Assembly (NCBI GenBank): GCA_964658305.1
Contig: OZ210885.1
Location: 19,406,001-19,470,000 of the forward strand
DNA from: Leptogorgia sarmentosa
Taxonomy: Eukaryota
Direction: 5' to 3'
Length of the DNA stretch: 64,000 nt
Shown one piece after another: positions 52,191 to 64,000 of the stretch (the stretch's first letter is position 1; the number at the start of each line of letters is the position of its first letter). A model generated the notes under the pieces. That model saw only the letters and a program-made list of their open reading frames with translations, had not been told where the DNA came from and did not search any database. Position numbers and translations under genes: made by a program.

Positions 52191-53194
52191 CAAAAAACAG
52201 GTGGTGTTCGACTGGACTGAACACACTGTTCAAGGTTCTTTTGCTGATGTAAGTTTATTTGCAAGTGATCTTGCTGATTCATTGGAGGCCCGTCTAGAAA
52301 ACTGTGTTGAAGAAGGGATGAGAAATGCAACTTTTTTCCATATTGAGGACACCATTGAACTTCTATCAGGTCACAGGCTTCCAAATGGCAATGTCATCGT
52401 ACATGAAGGGGAGTTAGAAGAACATGGTGCACATAATTTTCGCAGGTTTTTCAATGAAGTATGCGATCTTCCCAACATAAAAAAGCTTGAAAATCCTAGC
52501 TTTGACCAGTCTTGCATGATTGGAAGAAGTGTCTTAGGCAGCTTGTATGAGAGAAGGATTTGAAAACCACCCTTATGTCATGTCTTGACCTTGTCAGAGA
52601 AAATAGCATTCCTTTGTCTTTGCTAGATTTTGAAACATTGTTGATGAAGTTAGAATTGGTACTAGATGATATCCATAAGATGGAAACACGCAAGCTCTTT
52701 AGATTTGAATTTGCGAACCATGCGCCATTCGAAGCTCGTATCAAGGAAGAAACAGTGATCGAGAATTTGTACTGCAATAGTGTTCTATATAACACTGCAG
52801 GTACAACCGCTATGGCAGCTTTCAACGTTGCAATGGCAATGGGTGGCTGCGAAGCAATCGTCGAGAGCTTCTATAGCATGATGGGATCACAAGCACAAGT
52901 CGGCCAACATAATTCTACACTAGAAGACAGGGCATTGGTGGACTGGGCTTTGTCCAATGTTCTTCGTTCAGAAAATGTGGTTTCAGCAGCTGCAAAACTG
53001 TATGTTGATGGTGATGCATGATTGAAACTGCCATGTCATAGAGTTGGGTATCTTAAGAAAAAGACTTCTGAGTCTTACAAAGCAAGTCAAATTCTAACAC
53101 GCATCAAAGGTGAAGATGGACGATATCCATTTCTGTCTTAGAGAAAACCTTAAACAGTTAAACTTGTGAAACTTTTCATTACAATTGTTATTCT

Positions 53195-54050
53195 ACTTGA
53201 ACGTGATATTCTAGCCCTACCGGTTAACAAGGGTGGTATTGGATCACAAATCCATGCTTTGAAGCGCCGTTGGAATATTCCACATCAAAGAAGGTAACAG
53301 CACCAATGGTAGAACAAATTCATTTACAAGCACATAATCTTCCTGATGATTCAGAAATACAAGTGCTCAAGCGAACGACTTGGAAGGAGAAAAACGATTT
53401 TTTAAATGATCAAGCCAAATCTGTGAACGCATAAGCATCATCGAAAATGAAATGACTGATCGAACTTGCCTCAGAGAAAGGAGCATCCTCCTGGCTAACA
53501 GTCGTCCCGTTGTTGGAGATGAATTTTACTTTGAACAAGCAGGAGTTCAGAGATGCATTAAAGCTCAGATATGATTGGCCATTTAAAGATAACCCAACCA
53601 GATGCGCTTGTGGAGATCTTTTCATCATCGACCATGTAATGATATGCAAGTTAGGCAGCTTCATTATTCAACGTCATAATGAATTACGAGATCTAGAAGC
53701 TGATCTATTGAACATTGTCTGTAACAATGTCGAAGTTGAACCAGCTCTGCAAGAAGTACATGGTGAAGCGTTAAATTCTGGGTCAAATAAAGCACAAGAT
53801 GCTAGATTGGATGTCCATGCACAGGGCTTTTGGGAAAGAAGAAGATCTGCCTTTTTCGATATACGGGTATGCCACCCAAATGCAGAATCTTATAAAGAAT
53901 TGAGAGTATACATGAAAATGAGAAGAAGAGAATGCACAACCAACAGGTTACAGGTATAGAACAAGGAACTTTCACGCCGCTAATTTTTACAACAACTGGG
54001 GGAATGGGAGAGGAATGCGAGAAATATCACAGTCAATTAGCCGAACTAGG
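53195..54050 (+). mobile_element. CRE-like non-LTR retrotransposon, 3' fragment (RLE endonuclease)
   Basis: [50 protein letters not shown] and [13 protein letters not shown]. Confidence 0.82.
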
Positions 54051-54972
54051 ATATATTAGCCCCTTAGGAGATTTTATAAATTTAAATGACAAATGTAAAT
54101 TTAGGAACTAAAGGATATTTTAAATCTAAGCATAAAATTTTTGTATATTGATTTATTTAGCTTTTAATAAAGATTGTTATTCTAATTTTTTAGCTCATTG
54201 CAACTTACTGCAGTAAGGACTATAAAACTTTAATTTGTTTTTATGTACATTTATATTCAGTTCCAATTTGAATTGTTGTATGTAATAGAGATTAGCGGGC
54301 CTAGACTTCCATTCTTAATTTTTGATTTTTATCAAGTTAGTATGCTAAATTTAGCCTTCGGCCCTTCACAGACGCGGGCGACTCACCGTTCATTTTGTTC
54401 AACTGAGTTTAGGTAAGTTCAATCTTTGGTGCCAAATTTTTATTTCAGCGCAAAAATTTTGACGATTTGGTGCATAATACGATTGGGATTTTATCTGTCT
54501 GGCGCAAAATATTTTAACATTCCATACTGGCACTATGGGACTCTATGAAAAGGTCAACAAACTTAAAATATCAGTAAAATGAACTTGGTAATTAATTATT
54601 TGGTGTAGTTCTGTAAAATCTAATGAATTTAATTGTAGATACACTAGCCCACAACATATTAACTATTGATGTGACTACATTTACAATATGTACATACTAT
54701 TATAGTTTACATAATTATGTATATTAGCAACTGGTGTAATTCAAGTTATGGATTGGATTTTATCATAGTATTGACCTGTCAGTAAAACTTTAAGGGGTAA
54801 TCCTACTAGCATACTTATTAGTCTTTACTTCATGGTAAGTGTTAATGATCAGTAAAAACAAAAGTTCCGATATAATAGTCAACCTTTCAAAGGTATTTCT
54901 ATGTAGCCACCAAAAATATAAATATTGTGAACTGCCAAATGTGTGTCAGAGTGAATGGTGAAGCCCTTAATA

Positions 54973-55014
54973 ATTCGCTCTGATGAAGGGCTTCCGCTTG
55001 AAATGTCAGCAAAA
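54973..55014 (+). ncRNA. Decayed minimal type-I hammerhead ribozyme (Penelope pLTR-type)
   Basis: ttcgct-CTGATGA-agggcttccgctt-GAAA-tg-TC-agcaaa matches the HHR core order, with two apparent CpG-decay changes. Confidence 0.65.
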
Positions 55015-55371
55015 TACACACATTTAGCAGTTCACAACATTTATATTTTTGGCTATAAGCACCAAGTTCCCTTACAGTCAGGCATGAGGCATACAAGGTA
55101 TACATTTAGTCTGTGGATATTTTTGTAGATACTTTTGAATGTATTAATTTGCATTTGAGTAACCAGTTAGTTACCCCACTGAACACAACAGTTGTAGCTA
55201 TCCATTTGAACAAAATGTCTTGGTTCAATACATCACCAGTCCTTGCTCTTCCGACCAGTTTCAATATATACTACAGCACTGTAAAATTATAATATGCAGG
55301 CTTCTTCCAATGTATTATTCTTATCTGTGGTTTGTTTGAGTATTCGCATGGCAATTATTAGAACTGATCAT

Positions 55372-58026
55372 CAGACCTGCCAACCTCCAACAACAAAGAA
55401 TCTGGAGGTCTTATATTAAATTCCTTGAGATTGACCCCCAAATTCTGGAGATGAGGTACTGAAAATCTTTAGGAATTCTGGATAAGACTGTAGTCATATT
55501 AGATGACCAATCAGAATCTATGTTTTGCGACATGTCAATTATACTTTAATAATGACTGTTAACCAATATATAGCTTTTTGAAATTCAACAGTTTGCTTAC
55601 ATATATATTTAATTTGATTGTCTGTTAAAATTGGATTTGAAGTTGGTCTAATTGTCTATTAAATGTACCATTACTAATTAGAACAATGTCAATACTCCCA
55701 TTTTTAACCGCAATAGCCTGCTACAATGCATTTAACTCCACATTTTAAACTGTTATCACAATGCTGTGTTCATTTATGTTCATTGTTATATTCCCTTGCT
55801 GCTCCTTTTGCCTTTTTCAAAGGAGCTTCTTCTGGTTTCCACATATAGCATGGGGTAGAATCTTCAGGATAATGTAGCTTCATGGAAAGCAAACTTGAAA
55901 GAGTGCCCTCAAGACTTAGAACAGACCGGTTATCAGTTTTGTTCTTGCGAACCATACTGAACAGACGTTCCTCTTCTGCATTGCTGTGGCCTATAACTAA
56001 GACAGCTTCTGCAACTTTGTGCAGATGCTGGAATCTTTTGGTTGATGACTGTGGCAATCGCATGTCTGCAAGATGCCACCACAAAGTGTCCATGCGGTGG
56101 TGGAACACCTCCTCAGAATCTTCAGTGTAGCTGTCAACAACTTTGGCATCATCCCAAATCTTTCTGCCAATCTTGTCATCAGTGAGAGTCTTATAGTCAC
56201 AAAATTCATCATACATAGCATCTTCTTTAACATCAGATATCACTGCAACTGCCTTGAATTTGGTAAGAAAGAATTCCACACTTTCCCATTCTGCCTCGGA
56301 TCTCTTTGATACATTTATCCATTTAGCATGTTGCAAAAGTTCGTCATTGGTGGGAAACTTTTTGATAACATACTGAAATGAAGCTTTGAAGTAGGCTTGT
56401 GCTGCTAAGAAAATGTTATTATAAGATCTTTCAGATATGTCTCCTTCGTTCAGCAGTTTGTTAAAGCTTGTAAAAAGAGGGATAGAAGCATGGTGGAAAA
56501 ACAGCACAACCTCTGTAAGTGGATCCTCAAAAGCGTTGTGTAGTCTTTGAAATCTTGCATCTGCAAAATCTTCACTTAAAAAATATGACTTCAGTCCGGT
56601 ATACTTCTTAAGACAACGTTCAACACATTGTTCTAATGAAAGCCATCTTGTTGATGAATGCTTAAGAACCTTCATGTAGTCTTGATCACAAAACTCCATA
56701 TACTCTACAAGAACTCCCTTTCTTTTGGTGCTCTTTTCAAACCAGTAATACAAATCAATCAGAAGGTCTTCTACGTTAATTCCACATATCTCCACAAATG
56801 CATCATTGGCATTGCTTGCTGCAATGTGAGCTAAATGACAAGGACATCCCAGCACATAGATATCCGCATTTTGGGACTTGCAGCGGGATGCGAAAGAATT
56901 GTGGGCTCCAATTGTATTGTTGAATTGTATTGAATTGTCAACTGATAAGCTCACAGCTTGAGACCATGCAATGTGATATTCTTCCATCTTGGTCTGAACA
57001 ACTTTGAAAATACATTCTGCCTTTGACGCATCTCTTCCACCTGTTACGCACATGTTATAAAAATGTGTGGAAACTGTTTTAGGACCATTGATGTCGAAAA
57101 TCCTTACAGTCATCGGATTCATCTTCTCAACGCCAGTATCGCTTGATCCGTCGATTCCTAAACTGAACAGATGTTTCGTAATGTGATTCACCACATACTC
57201 ATGACAGTGAGGTCCCAAGGCCTTATTAATTATGGCTGAAGTTTTAGTCCTTCCACAGGCGTAGTGTTTTGCGATCTCACTGTCTGGAAACATTGCCAGG
57301 AACATGGGGCCAAGATGGTCTGAAGTGGAGATAGGCAGATTGTGTTGAATCAAAACGTTTGTTGCCATAACTTCTGCTCTTGTCACTGTGTCTGCTGTCG
57401 AAGCTGCAAATAAATCTAAAAGCAATGTATTACTCTTGGAGGCTTGCGCATGCTTTTTATGCGTCTGTCCTGCACAATGAACTTTAACGTCTTTCATGCC
57501 TTGGTGTGAACAAGACAAGGATTTTCCACATGGGATACAAAAGAACGAGTGTTTGTCGTTCCTCACAGCTTTAACTGGATACGTTTTACACCACTCACTA
57601 TTAAATGTGCATTGATACTTTGCAGCACCGATGTGCGTTTTACTTTTTCGCGACAATTTGGGCTTCTTAGCAGGGAAGACTTCTTCGCTTTCTGTTTCAG
57701 ATTCACTAATTTCAGAAGATTCTGCTTCCGCCATTTTCTTGCAGTAAATTTCTCGCCTTGCACCAGCGATACACTAATGGAGCATACTGCATGTGCACAG
57801 TAATTATTCCAAGATGGCAACCACATAAACTGACAAACAAATTTCCAACTGTTGATGTACTTTTAGTTTTTATAAATTTCACTTCAATATCTTCAATTTT
57901 AAAATCTTGTGGTAGTTAAATTTGGAAACTGCGAATCCGTGAGATTTGAAAATATTTCTGTGAGACCGTGAGATGATGCCTAAATACGTGAGTCACACGG
58001 GAAATCTGTGAGAGTTGGCAGGTCTG
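55372..58026 (-). mobile_element. hAT transposon with 6-bp TSD (hAT6/Blackjack-like)
   Basis: TIR CAGACCTGCCAAC / GTTGGCAGGTCTG. TSD GATCAT at 55366-55371 and 58027-58032. Confidence 0.92.
55770..57734 (-). CDS. hAT transposase, 654-aa open frame (possible in-frame internal deletion)
   Basis: C2H2/BED-like CIPC..HCAGQTH, IDGSSD, LSVDN, GCPCHLAH, STRWLSL and HSNAEEERLFS. Confidence 0.85.
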   Translation of the reverse strand: MAEAESSEISESETESEEVFPAKKPKLSRKSKTHIGAAKYQCTFNSEWCKTYPVKAVRNDKHSFFCIPCGKSLSCSHQGMKDVKVHCAGQTHKKHAQASKSNTLLLDLFAASTADTVTRAEVMATNVLIQHNLPISTSDHLGPMFLAMFPDSEIAKHYACGRTKTSAIINKALGPHCHEYVVNHITKHLFSLGIDGSSDTGVEKMNPMTVRIFDINGPKTVSTHFYNMCVTGGRDASKAECIFKVVQTKMEEYHIAWSQAVSLSVDNSIQFNNTIGAHNSFASRCKSQNADIYVLGCPCHLAHIAASNANDAFVEICGINVEDLLIDLYYWFEKSTKRKGVLVEYMEFCDQDYMKVLKHSSTRWLSLEQCVERCLKKYTGLKSYFLSEDFADARFQRLHNAFEDPLTEVVLFFHHASIPLFTSFNKLLNEGDISERSYNNIFLAAQAYFKASFQYVIKKFPTNDELLQHAKWINVSKRSEAEWESVEFFLTKFKAVAVISDVKEDAMYDEFCDYKTLTDDKIGRKIWDDAKVVDSYTEDSEEVFHHRMDTLWWHLADMRLPQSSTKRFQHLHKVAEAVLVIGHSNAEEERLFSMVRKNKTDNRSVLSLEGTLSSLLSMKLHYPEDSTPCYMWKPEEAPLKKAKGAAREYNNEHK

Positions 58027-59521
58027 GATCATTAAAAGCTTTCTCATAAAGTTTCATTTTGATGTACTGTAGTGTAAAGCATTTTACTGTACCATACCTT
58101 ATGTTGTAAATTAAAATTTTCAATGCTGGATGGCTTCAAGATGTTATAAATCGCTCCTTTTGACCATGCATGGGATCCAGGTACAAAGGCTTGGGATGTC
58201 CACGATCAATCACCTATAATTTCAATAATATTATACACCAAGTGAAAAGGATGAAAGATACTGTTGTAGTGGGTACATCATGTTAGTAAATTTATCTAGT
58301 GACAGTGTTGTAAGCATACCAATAGTGCCAGTGGACTGAACTAACAACTGAAACCAATAAGATTACACTCGGGTTGAATGATGATACACAATTGAACACG
58401 GACACAGCTTGTAAATACAGTTATACTTTCCGCCAATCCAATGTTCAGGAAATAGAATACAATTGTTTACAATCGGTTCCAACTAAATAATGCAACAATG
58501 AAAAATACCTACTTAAACTACGAAAAACACACTTGCTAACATGCATTAGCTAAACATCAAGTGAATATTTCAATTGGGTATATACAACAACTAAATCATT
58601 TAACAACATATAAGCAACAAACAAGAAAGGTCAAAATGTGTATTCACCTTGGTTTACACTTGAAAACCACTGCGAGTACGTAGTATGTAGAAAACGTTCT
58701 ATATAGAATGATACTTGAATACTTCAATATTTCACTGCTATGCCGATAGCAGATAGAAAAACTTGTCCTTACACGACGAAACGTGCCAGAGAATTGACCT
58801 TCCTGGAGTCACACAACTAACTAAAAAATACGATTCCCTGGACACAACTAGAATGGCATGTTCCGATTGACACCAGGCTGCAAAATTTGCATCCCGAAAT
58901 TAAGGTCAGTACTAAAGTCAGTTGAAATAACAAAACAAGAAATATTTAAACGTTCTATCGTTAATTAATATAATAATATTCATGCACAAACGTGTCTACT
59001 TATCGTTCTGGTTATCAACAGCTCCCTCCAAGAATACAATCTTGTTCACCGGTCGCGTCAGCTTGCTTGTCCCGGTCTCTAACTTCATGGAGCGTACAAG
59101 AGCATCGTTTTGGTTGGTGCAAACTTTGATAACTCTACCAAGTGGCCAGAAATTTCACAGTGTTTTATCATCCAGGATCAGTACAATATCATCCATAGCA
59201 AAGTTCCTAAGGCTTCTGTTCCACTTATGCCGTGTCGGGAAGGATGGAACATACTCTCTAACCCAACAACGCCAGAATACATCCGCTAAATACTGTACTT
59301 GACGCCATCTTCGATCGTATGCGACTTGCTTAGAGTGCAGCTCTCAACAACAGCAGGTGGTTAGGGGTAAGGGATTCCATGTCATGCAGATCATCTGACA
59401 GCTTAGTTATTGGTCTCCCATTCACGATCGCCTCAACCTTGCACATCAGTGTATTGATACCTTAGTCATCCAGAACCTGTTCTCTCATCACAGCCTTGAT
59501 CAGCTTCCGTGTGGTCCTAAT

Positions 59522-60391
59522 CATAGATATAGGAAGCCTAGATTGCTGACTCCGTATAAAATGTGTGGCAACTTTTGGAAATCCAAGATGGCTGCTCAAC
59601 CGGTCAAATTAATAGGAGCTAGCATAGGGAAAACCATGTTTTTCGCATTTTATGACCGCATAACGTTTCCGATCACGTTCTAGCACCATTTTTTGGAAAT
59701 AACTACCCGTGCTGAAGGTTTTGGATGAAAATTGATCATTTTGAATGGAATTAACCCCGAAATAATCGATCGTAAAGTGCGGCCAAAACAGTCACTTGAC
59801 TTCGTTCGAGACATTTCAGGTCAAGAATGAAGCTATTGGATAACTTTGAGGTGTTGAAATATTCTATAGGACTTCTGTGAAGGATAAGAAATAGAAAGCG
59901 GCGTGTTGGGAGAGAAAGAGGAAGCAATTTGTCGTCCACAATTCTCACTGTATATTTAGTCGTCGTTTCGGCGACCGAGTTGTCCGTGAAGGAAATTCAT
60001 CCAAGAGGCCAAAGTTTACAAAACATATTCTTTCTGGCAACGATTAGTTGAAGAAAAATAAGTTAGTTTACCGGTTGATAGGCTCGAACGTCTTGAAACA
60101 ACAATGTGACTGCCTTGGCAGCACTTTACGATCGATTATTTCGGGGTTAATTCCATTCAAATTGCACGATTTTCATCCAAAACCTTCAGCACAGGCAGTT
60201 ATTTCCAAAAAATGTTGCTAGAACGTGATCGGAAACGTTATGGGGTAGTAAAATGCGAAAAACATGGTTTTTCCTATACTAGCTCATATTAATTTGACCG
60301 GTTGAGCAGCCATCTTGGATTGCTCATGTTTGCCACATGCGTCAGCATATAATTATTCTACAGTCAGCAATCTAGGCTTCCTATATCTATG
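59522..60391. mobile_element. Non-autonomous P/hAT-type MITE with about 270-bp imperfect TIRs
   Basis: Ends CATAGATATAGGAAGCCTAGATTGCTGACT on both sides. 8-bp TSD GTCCTAAT at 59514-59521 and 60392-60399. Host frame WERCIR|TTRK is restored on removal. Confidence 0.93.
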
Positions 60392-61949
60392 GTCCTAATG
60401 CATCTCTCCCAGACAGTTGGTCATTCAGCGAAGTGTCCGGTACTTAGCCGAGCAATCAAACACAACACAAACCTTGTCATGTGGGTTTTCAGGGGGCTGA
60501 CATCTTGTGTAGTAGCCTTTCTCGCATAGTCTTTGCAGAACAGATCGTCCATAAACTTCGTGTACTTTTATAGCGCTGGATCTCGTTGCAGTCAGGTTTT
60601 GATAGATCGTAGATGTTGCCGGGCTTGGGGCACATTGTTGGACAGATTAAGAGGGTAGTTTTTCCATGGTAAACTGATCTCATAGTGACCATCCACCATT
60701 TGCATTGTTGAACTCCATGTTGCAAAACTCTCTGAAGCATTGATCAAGTGTGTCGTCCGTTTGCACAAAATTTTATGTATCAATTTGCAGAATGTTTATA
60801 CCCTTTAGATTGTGGCCAGTGATCGATGTCTTCTTGTCTCACAGTGCATTCTGGTCGAATAGGCAGCCGTTTTGTTGAATAAACATTTGGACGTTTGACA
60901 CGATTTCGGTGATTTAGATTGAAGACCTCCAACTCCAAAACAGAGGATTCGACTGGGGCACCTTCACCATGCATTGTCGTGAATGACAGCTTCGTTTTCC
61001 TTCCTTTGTCATTCAGTTTTCTAAGCAGACTTTCTGTGCAAAAGGAGGTATTCGAACCAGAGTCCAAGAACGCGTAGGTTTCAAACATTTCAGGACGAAC
61101 CTTTGCCTTTACTTGAACTGGTACCATAGCGAGACCCGTGAGAGTAGACCTTTTCGATTGACCACCTTTTGAAGACGAAAGATTCTTCGTTCTTTGCATG
61201 GTTTGGAGACGTTATCCTGACATCTTCACTGTCGTTAGGTGGGGACTTGGGGTGTAGAAATGTTGAATGTTTTCCAGTACATCCTTGTATCTTGGAGAAA
61301 CTGGGTTTGGGTCACGAACGTATGAAGAGACCAGCGGTGAAACAGTTCAAACAAAGACGTTTATTCTTCATATTTGCTGTTCAAGTGACATTGTCTTAAA
61401 TTTATTGCAACGTGCCAGCCAGTGGTTTTCATTACCAGGACATACGTTCTTAGTTGTTTCACTTTCTTGATCTCTAGCACTCATCTGCAGGTCTCCCTGT
61501 GTTGAAGCCATTTACTCTCCCACCTTCCCTTCATTCCTTCTTGACGTCCTTTGTTCTCATTCACGACCTTTCCAAAGATTGGCTGGGTTGCTGCTCTTGC
61601 CCGGACAGTTACAAACTCTGTCACGTCTCTTCTCTTGTCTAGCAAAGGTTGGTGTGTGTGTGTTTGTTTTTTGTTGACGAGTGGTAGGTGGTTTTATGAA
61701 TGGCTTATTGTGTATCAGGTCATCCTGCTGCGCCGGTATGATAGATGGTAAAATAATTATGTTTGTTAACTGTGATAACGAGTAAATTAGAAACATGTTG
61801 CCCCACTTGGTTTGATCTTTGAGAATCTTTGTTTTTCATTTTTAAAAAATATATGGAAAAATATGAAATGCCATGTTGTTATTATGATGACAATGACTTC
61901 TGGCAAGTACCCTCCCTAGGGAGATACTCAAGATGATTTGTTTAATTAT

Positions 61950-62785
61950 TGACAATTATACTTACAGCTTAAGAAATAGCCATTTACTTTTCGTGACTCA
62001 TGTGACAGGGAGAAAAAAAATCTACCTAATGGTATTCTTATCTATTTTCCTAGCGATGTGGTAAGTTTATATTTTTCTTACTTTCATAAAAAATATTTTG
62101 GGACATCACACTATGACTCTCAATTGATTTTTTTGGAAAATCAAATGCAGTGTGACTCATGTGACACAAAAATGTGACTCACTCGACTAGTGACAAATGG
62201 TTTAAAATATGTAAAATGAGCAAGTTTTGGTCAAGTTTCCCTCACTGTCCATAGAACTATTCATGTTCAATCAAAGTTACTCCATGGCAAGAATCATGTG
62301 AAGAAAAATGTGAGTCACATGACCAATAATGAATTATATCTAGAAATACAGTAAAAACTGATATAACATTACAAACATCTTGTAAAAATTTCAGTTAATT
62401 GAGTACAAATCAAATGTTTGATCAAATTAAACCCCAAACACTTGCACAAGCCACAAAATGTTACTGATCACATGTCCTCAACTTTGCTTCTGAAAGCTTG
62501 TTGAACACTGTGGTACTCGGAATCAGTTAACTTTACTGTTGAGCATCTGGAAGAGGAAAGTGGTGTTGGTGATTCTATTTTGAGAAAAATGTCACCTGCA
62601 GGAACTACATGTATGTCATTGGTTGGTTTGAAACAATTTACATCTTCTGCTGTTTGATGCACAAATTCCATAGTGACATGACCATCTTCCTCAATTTGCA
62701 ATGCTCTACCAATAAACCAATAGTTGTTCGGTCTCCAATATACAGCATACCACTGACCAATCTCTGTTGCCATTGGTATAACATC
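61950..62785 (-). mobile_element. Unclassified DNA transposon 3' fragment inside BEL gag
   Basis: ORF 62468-62773 (GQWYAVYW..YWFIGR, Tudor-like by eye) followed by GTGACTCATGTGAC subterminal repeats. Confidence 0.45.
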
Positions 62786-64000
62786 TTGGGTTGATCTACT
62801 GCTTGTAGTTCAACTTCAGATCGTTTTTGTTTTATTTTCAGTTCCTCTAATTGCTCATGCAGTTTTTTGCATCGCGTTTGCTTTCGCTTCTAGTGCAGCT
62901 TGTTTCACGGCAGCTCCGAACTGTTGTAGCAGCTGAACGTGATTCAGAACGTGATGACTTATGCCTCCCAGTGACGGACATAGAATCTTCCAGTTGAATT
63001 TAATTGGGGGTTCTTGCAGATTTTGACTGGCCGTTTGTTCAAGCCATGATTTAGTTTTCAATTGATGTTCTAAAACAAGTGACGGAGTTGAAGTACAAGC
63101 TGGATTCATTGATATCGTGCTCATCTTTGAGCAAACTGTGCTAGGCTTAATGCACATTTATGAATTGCTTTAAAACTCCATCTAATTCTGCAGCAATTTC
63201 TTTTACAGATTCGGCATTATCGCATGATGTCAGTATCTCGTTGACCTTATTAGCCTTTCTAGTTACGTTTCCCTTTGCGATACTTCACACCTTTTCTAAT
63301 TGCTCCGTAATTTGTTCAATATTTGGTTTATTTTGATCCATAATTAGAGAGCGTTGAGTGGTCCAGACGTTTTAATTTAAATTGGAGACAGAGTTCGGCA
63401 AGAAATTCCTTGCATTTCTTTACCAGTGCCGCAAGCACAAAAACAGTCGGTGAATTCGTCAAATTCTTTAAATTTTTTTATTGTGTATCAACTTTGAACT
63501 TAAATGTAATCTCACTGGTGAAAAATGAGTGGACTGAACTAACGACTGAAACCTATAAGTTTACACTCGGGTTGAATAATGTCCAGATTAATCGAACTCA
63601 ATAGAATAGGAGAGACACAATTGAACAACTAGATTGACATGTTCCGATTGACACCAGGCTGCATAATTCGCATCCTGTGATTAAGGTGATGACGCTTACG
63701 AAACATTCGCGTTTTAAAACTAACAATGATCATTGGAATAAACATCTTATCAGTTCCCAGAAAATTCTGTCCCATCCGTAGCCTGTGAGTGCTGGACTGT
63801 CTTTGAACTAGTGTAGTGTAGTGTCAGCATAGAGGTTTTTGGGATTTGAAACACCTAACTTCCATTACCCGCAATTGAAAATGAAGCAAATAAATTGCTT
63901 CTATTACTTACAATGGAAATTTTATGGGGCACCTTTAAAATTTGGATGTCTATTAAGTATTGCTTCTCGCCCTCGGTGAACCAATGAGACAAAGTGGTTC

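Larger units (their letters stand above)
47700..53140 (+). pseudogene. Divergent multi-exon hAT-like DDE transposase, split by an Academ-like insertion
   Basis: FYLTVDKAT, SADGGY, WDPSHWL and GCEAIVESFYS. GT-AG introns near 48915-49097 and 49566-49781. Confidence 0.6.
58330..63695 (-). mobile_element. BEL/Pao LTR retrotransposon, internally deleted, with diverged LTR-like direct repeats
   Basis: gag pieces, FLDSGSN protease, VVFDCSAK joined directly to the integrase (VWERCIR..FWRCWVREY..WPLGRV). 58330-58910 shares sequence blocks with 63528-63690. Confidence 0.82.

Noticed and set aside
54525..58333. Possible CACTA-like element (ACTGGCACTAT inverted match)
   Set aside because: The match is only about 11-14 bp, the TSD does not match, and the right copy overlaps the LTR-like repeat.
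1..64000. Uni-strand (flamenco-like) orientation bias
   Set aside because: Elements occur on both strands in roughly similar numbers.

Overview
AT-rich eukaryotic DNA with GT-AG introns. The transposon repertoire suggests a marine invertebrate such as a cnidarian or sponge, but this is inference. I see no convincing host gene, rRNA, tRNA or CRISPR array. The window is a dense, nested graveyard of more than 20 transposable elements, many with readable TIRs and TSDs. The core is a roughly 21 kb minus-strand Helitron (Rep/PIF1 with two tandem OTU domains). It is split by two hAT elements and by an 8.5 kb IS3EU-like element (TAC..GTA ends, 6-bp TSD) that carries a HECT E3-ligase gene and is itself split by a CR1/L2 LINE. 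Also present: several more hATs (one with a 6-bp TSD, one GC-rich), Harbinger elements, two BEL/Pao retrotransposons, a MULE-like element with a polyQ tract, a Tc1/mariner deletion derivative, Kolobok-like and Academ/RecQ-like fragments, a CRE-like LINE fragment, a 285-bp near-perfect palindrome and a decayed Penelope-type hammerhead ribozyme. Family assignments come from motif recognition by eye; no database search was run.
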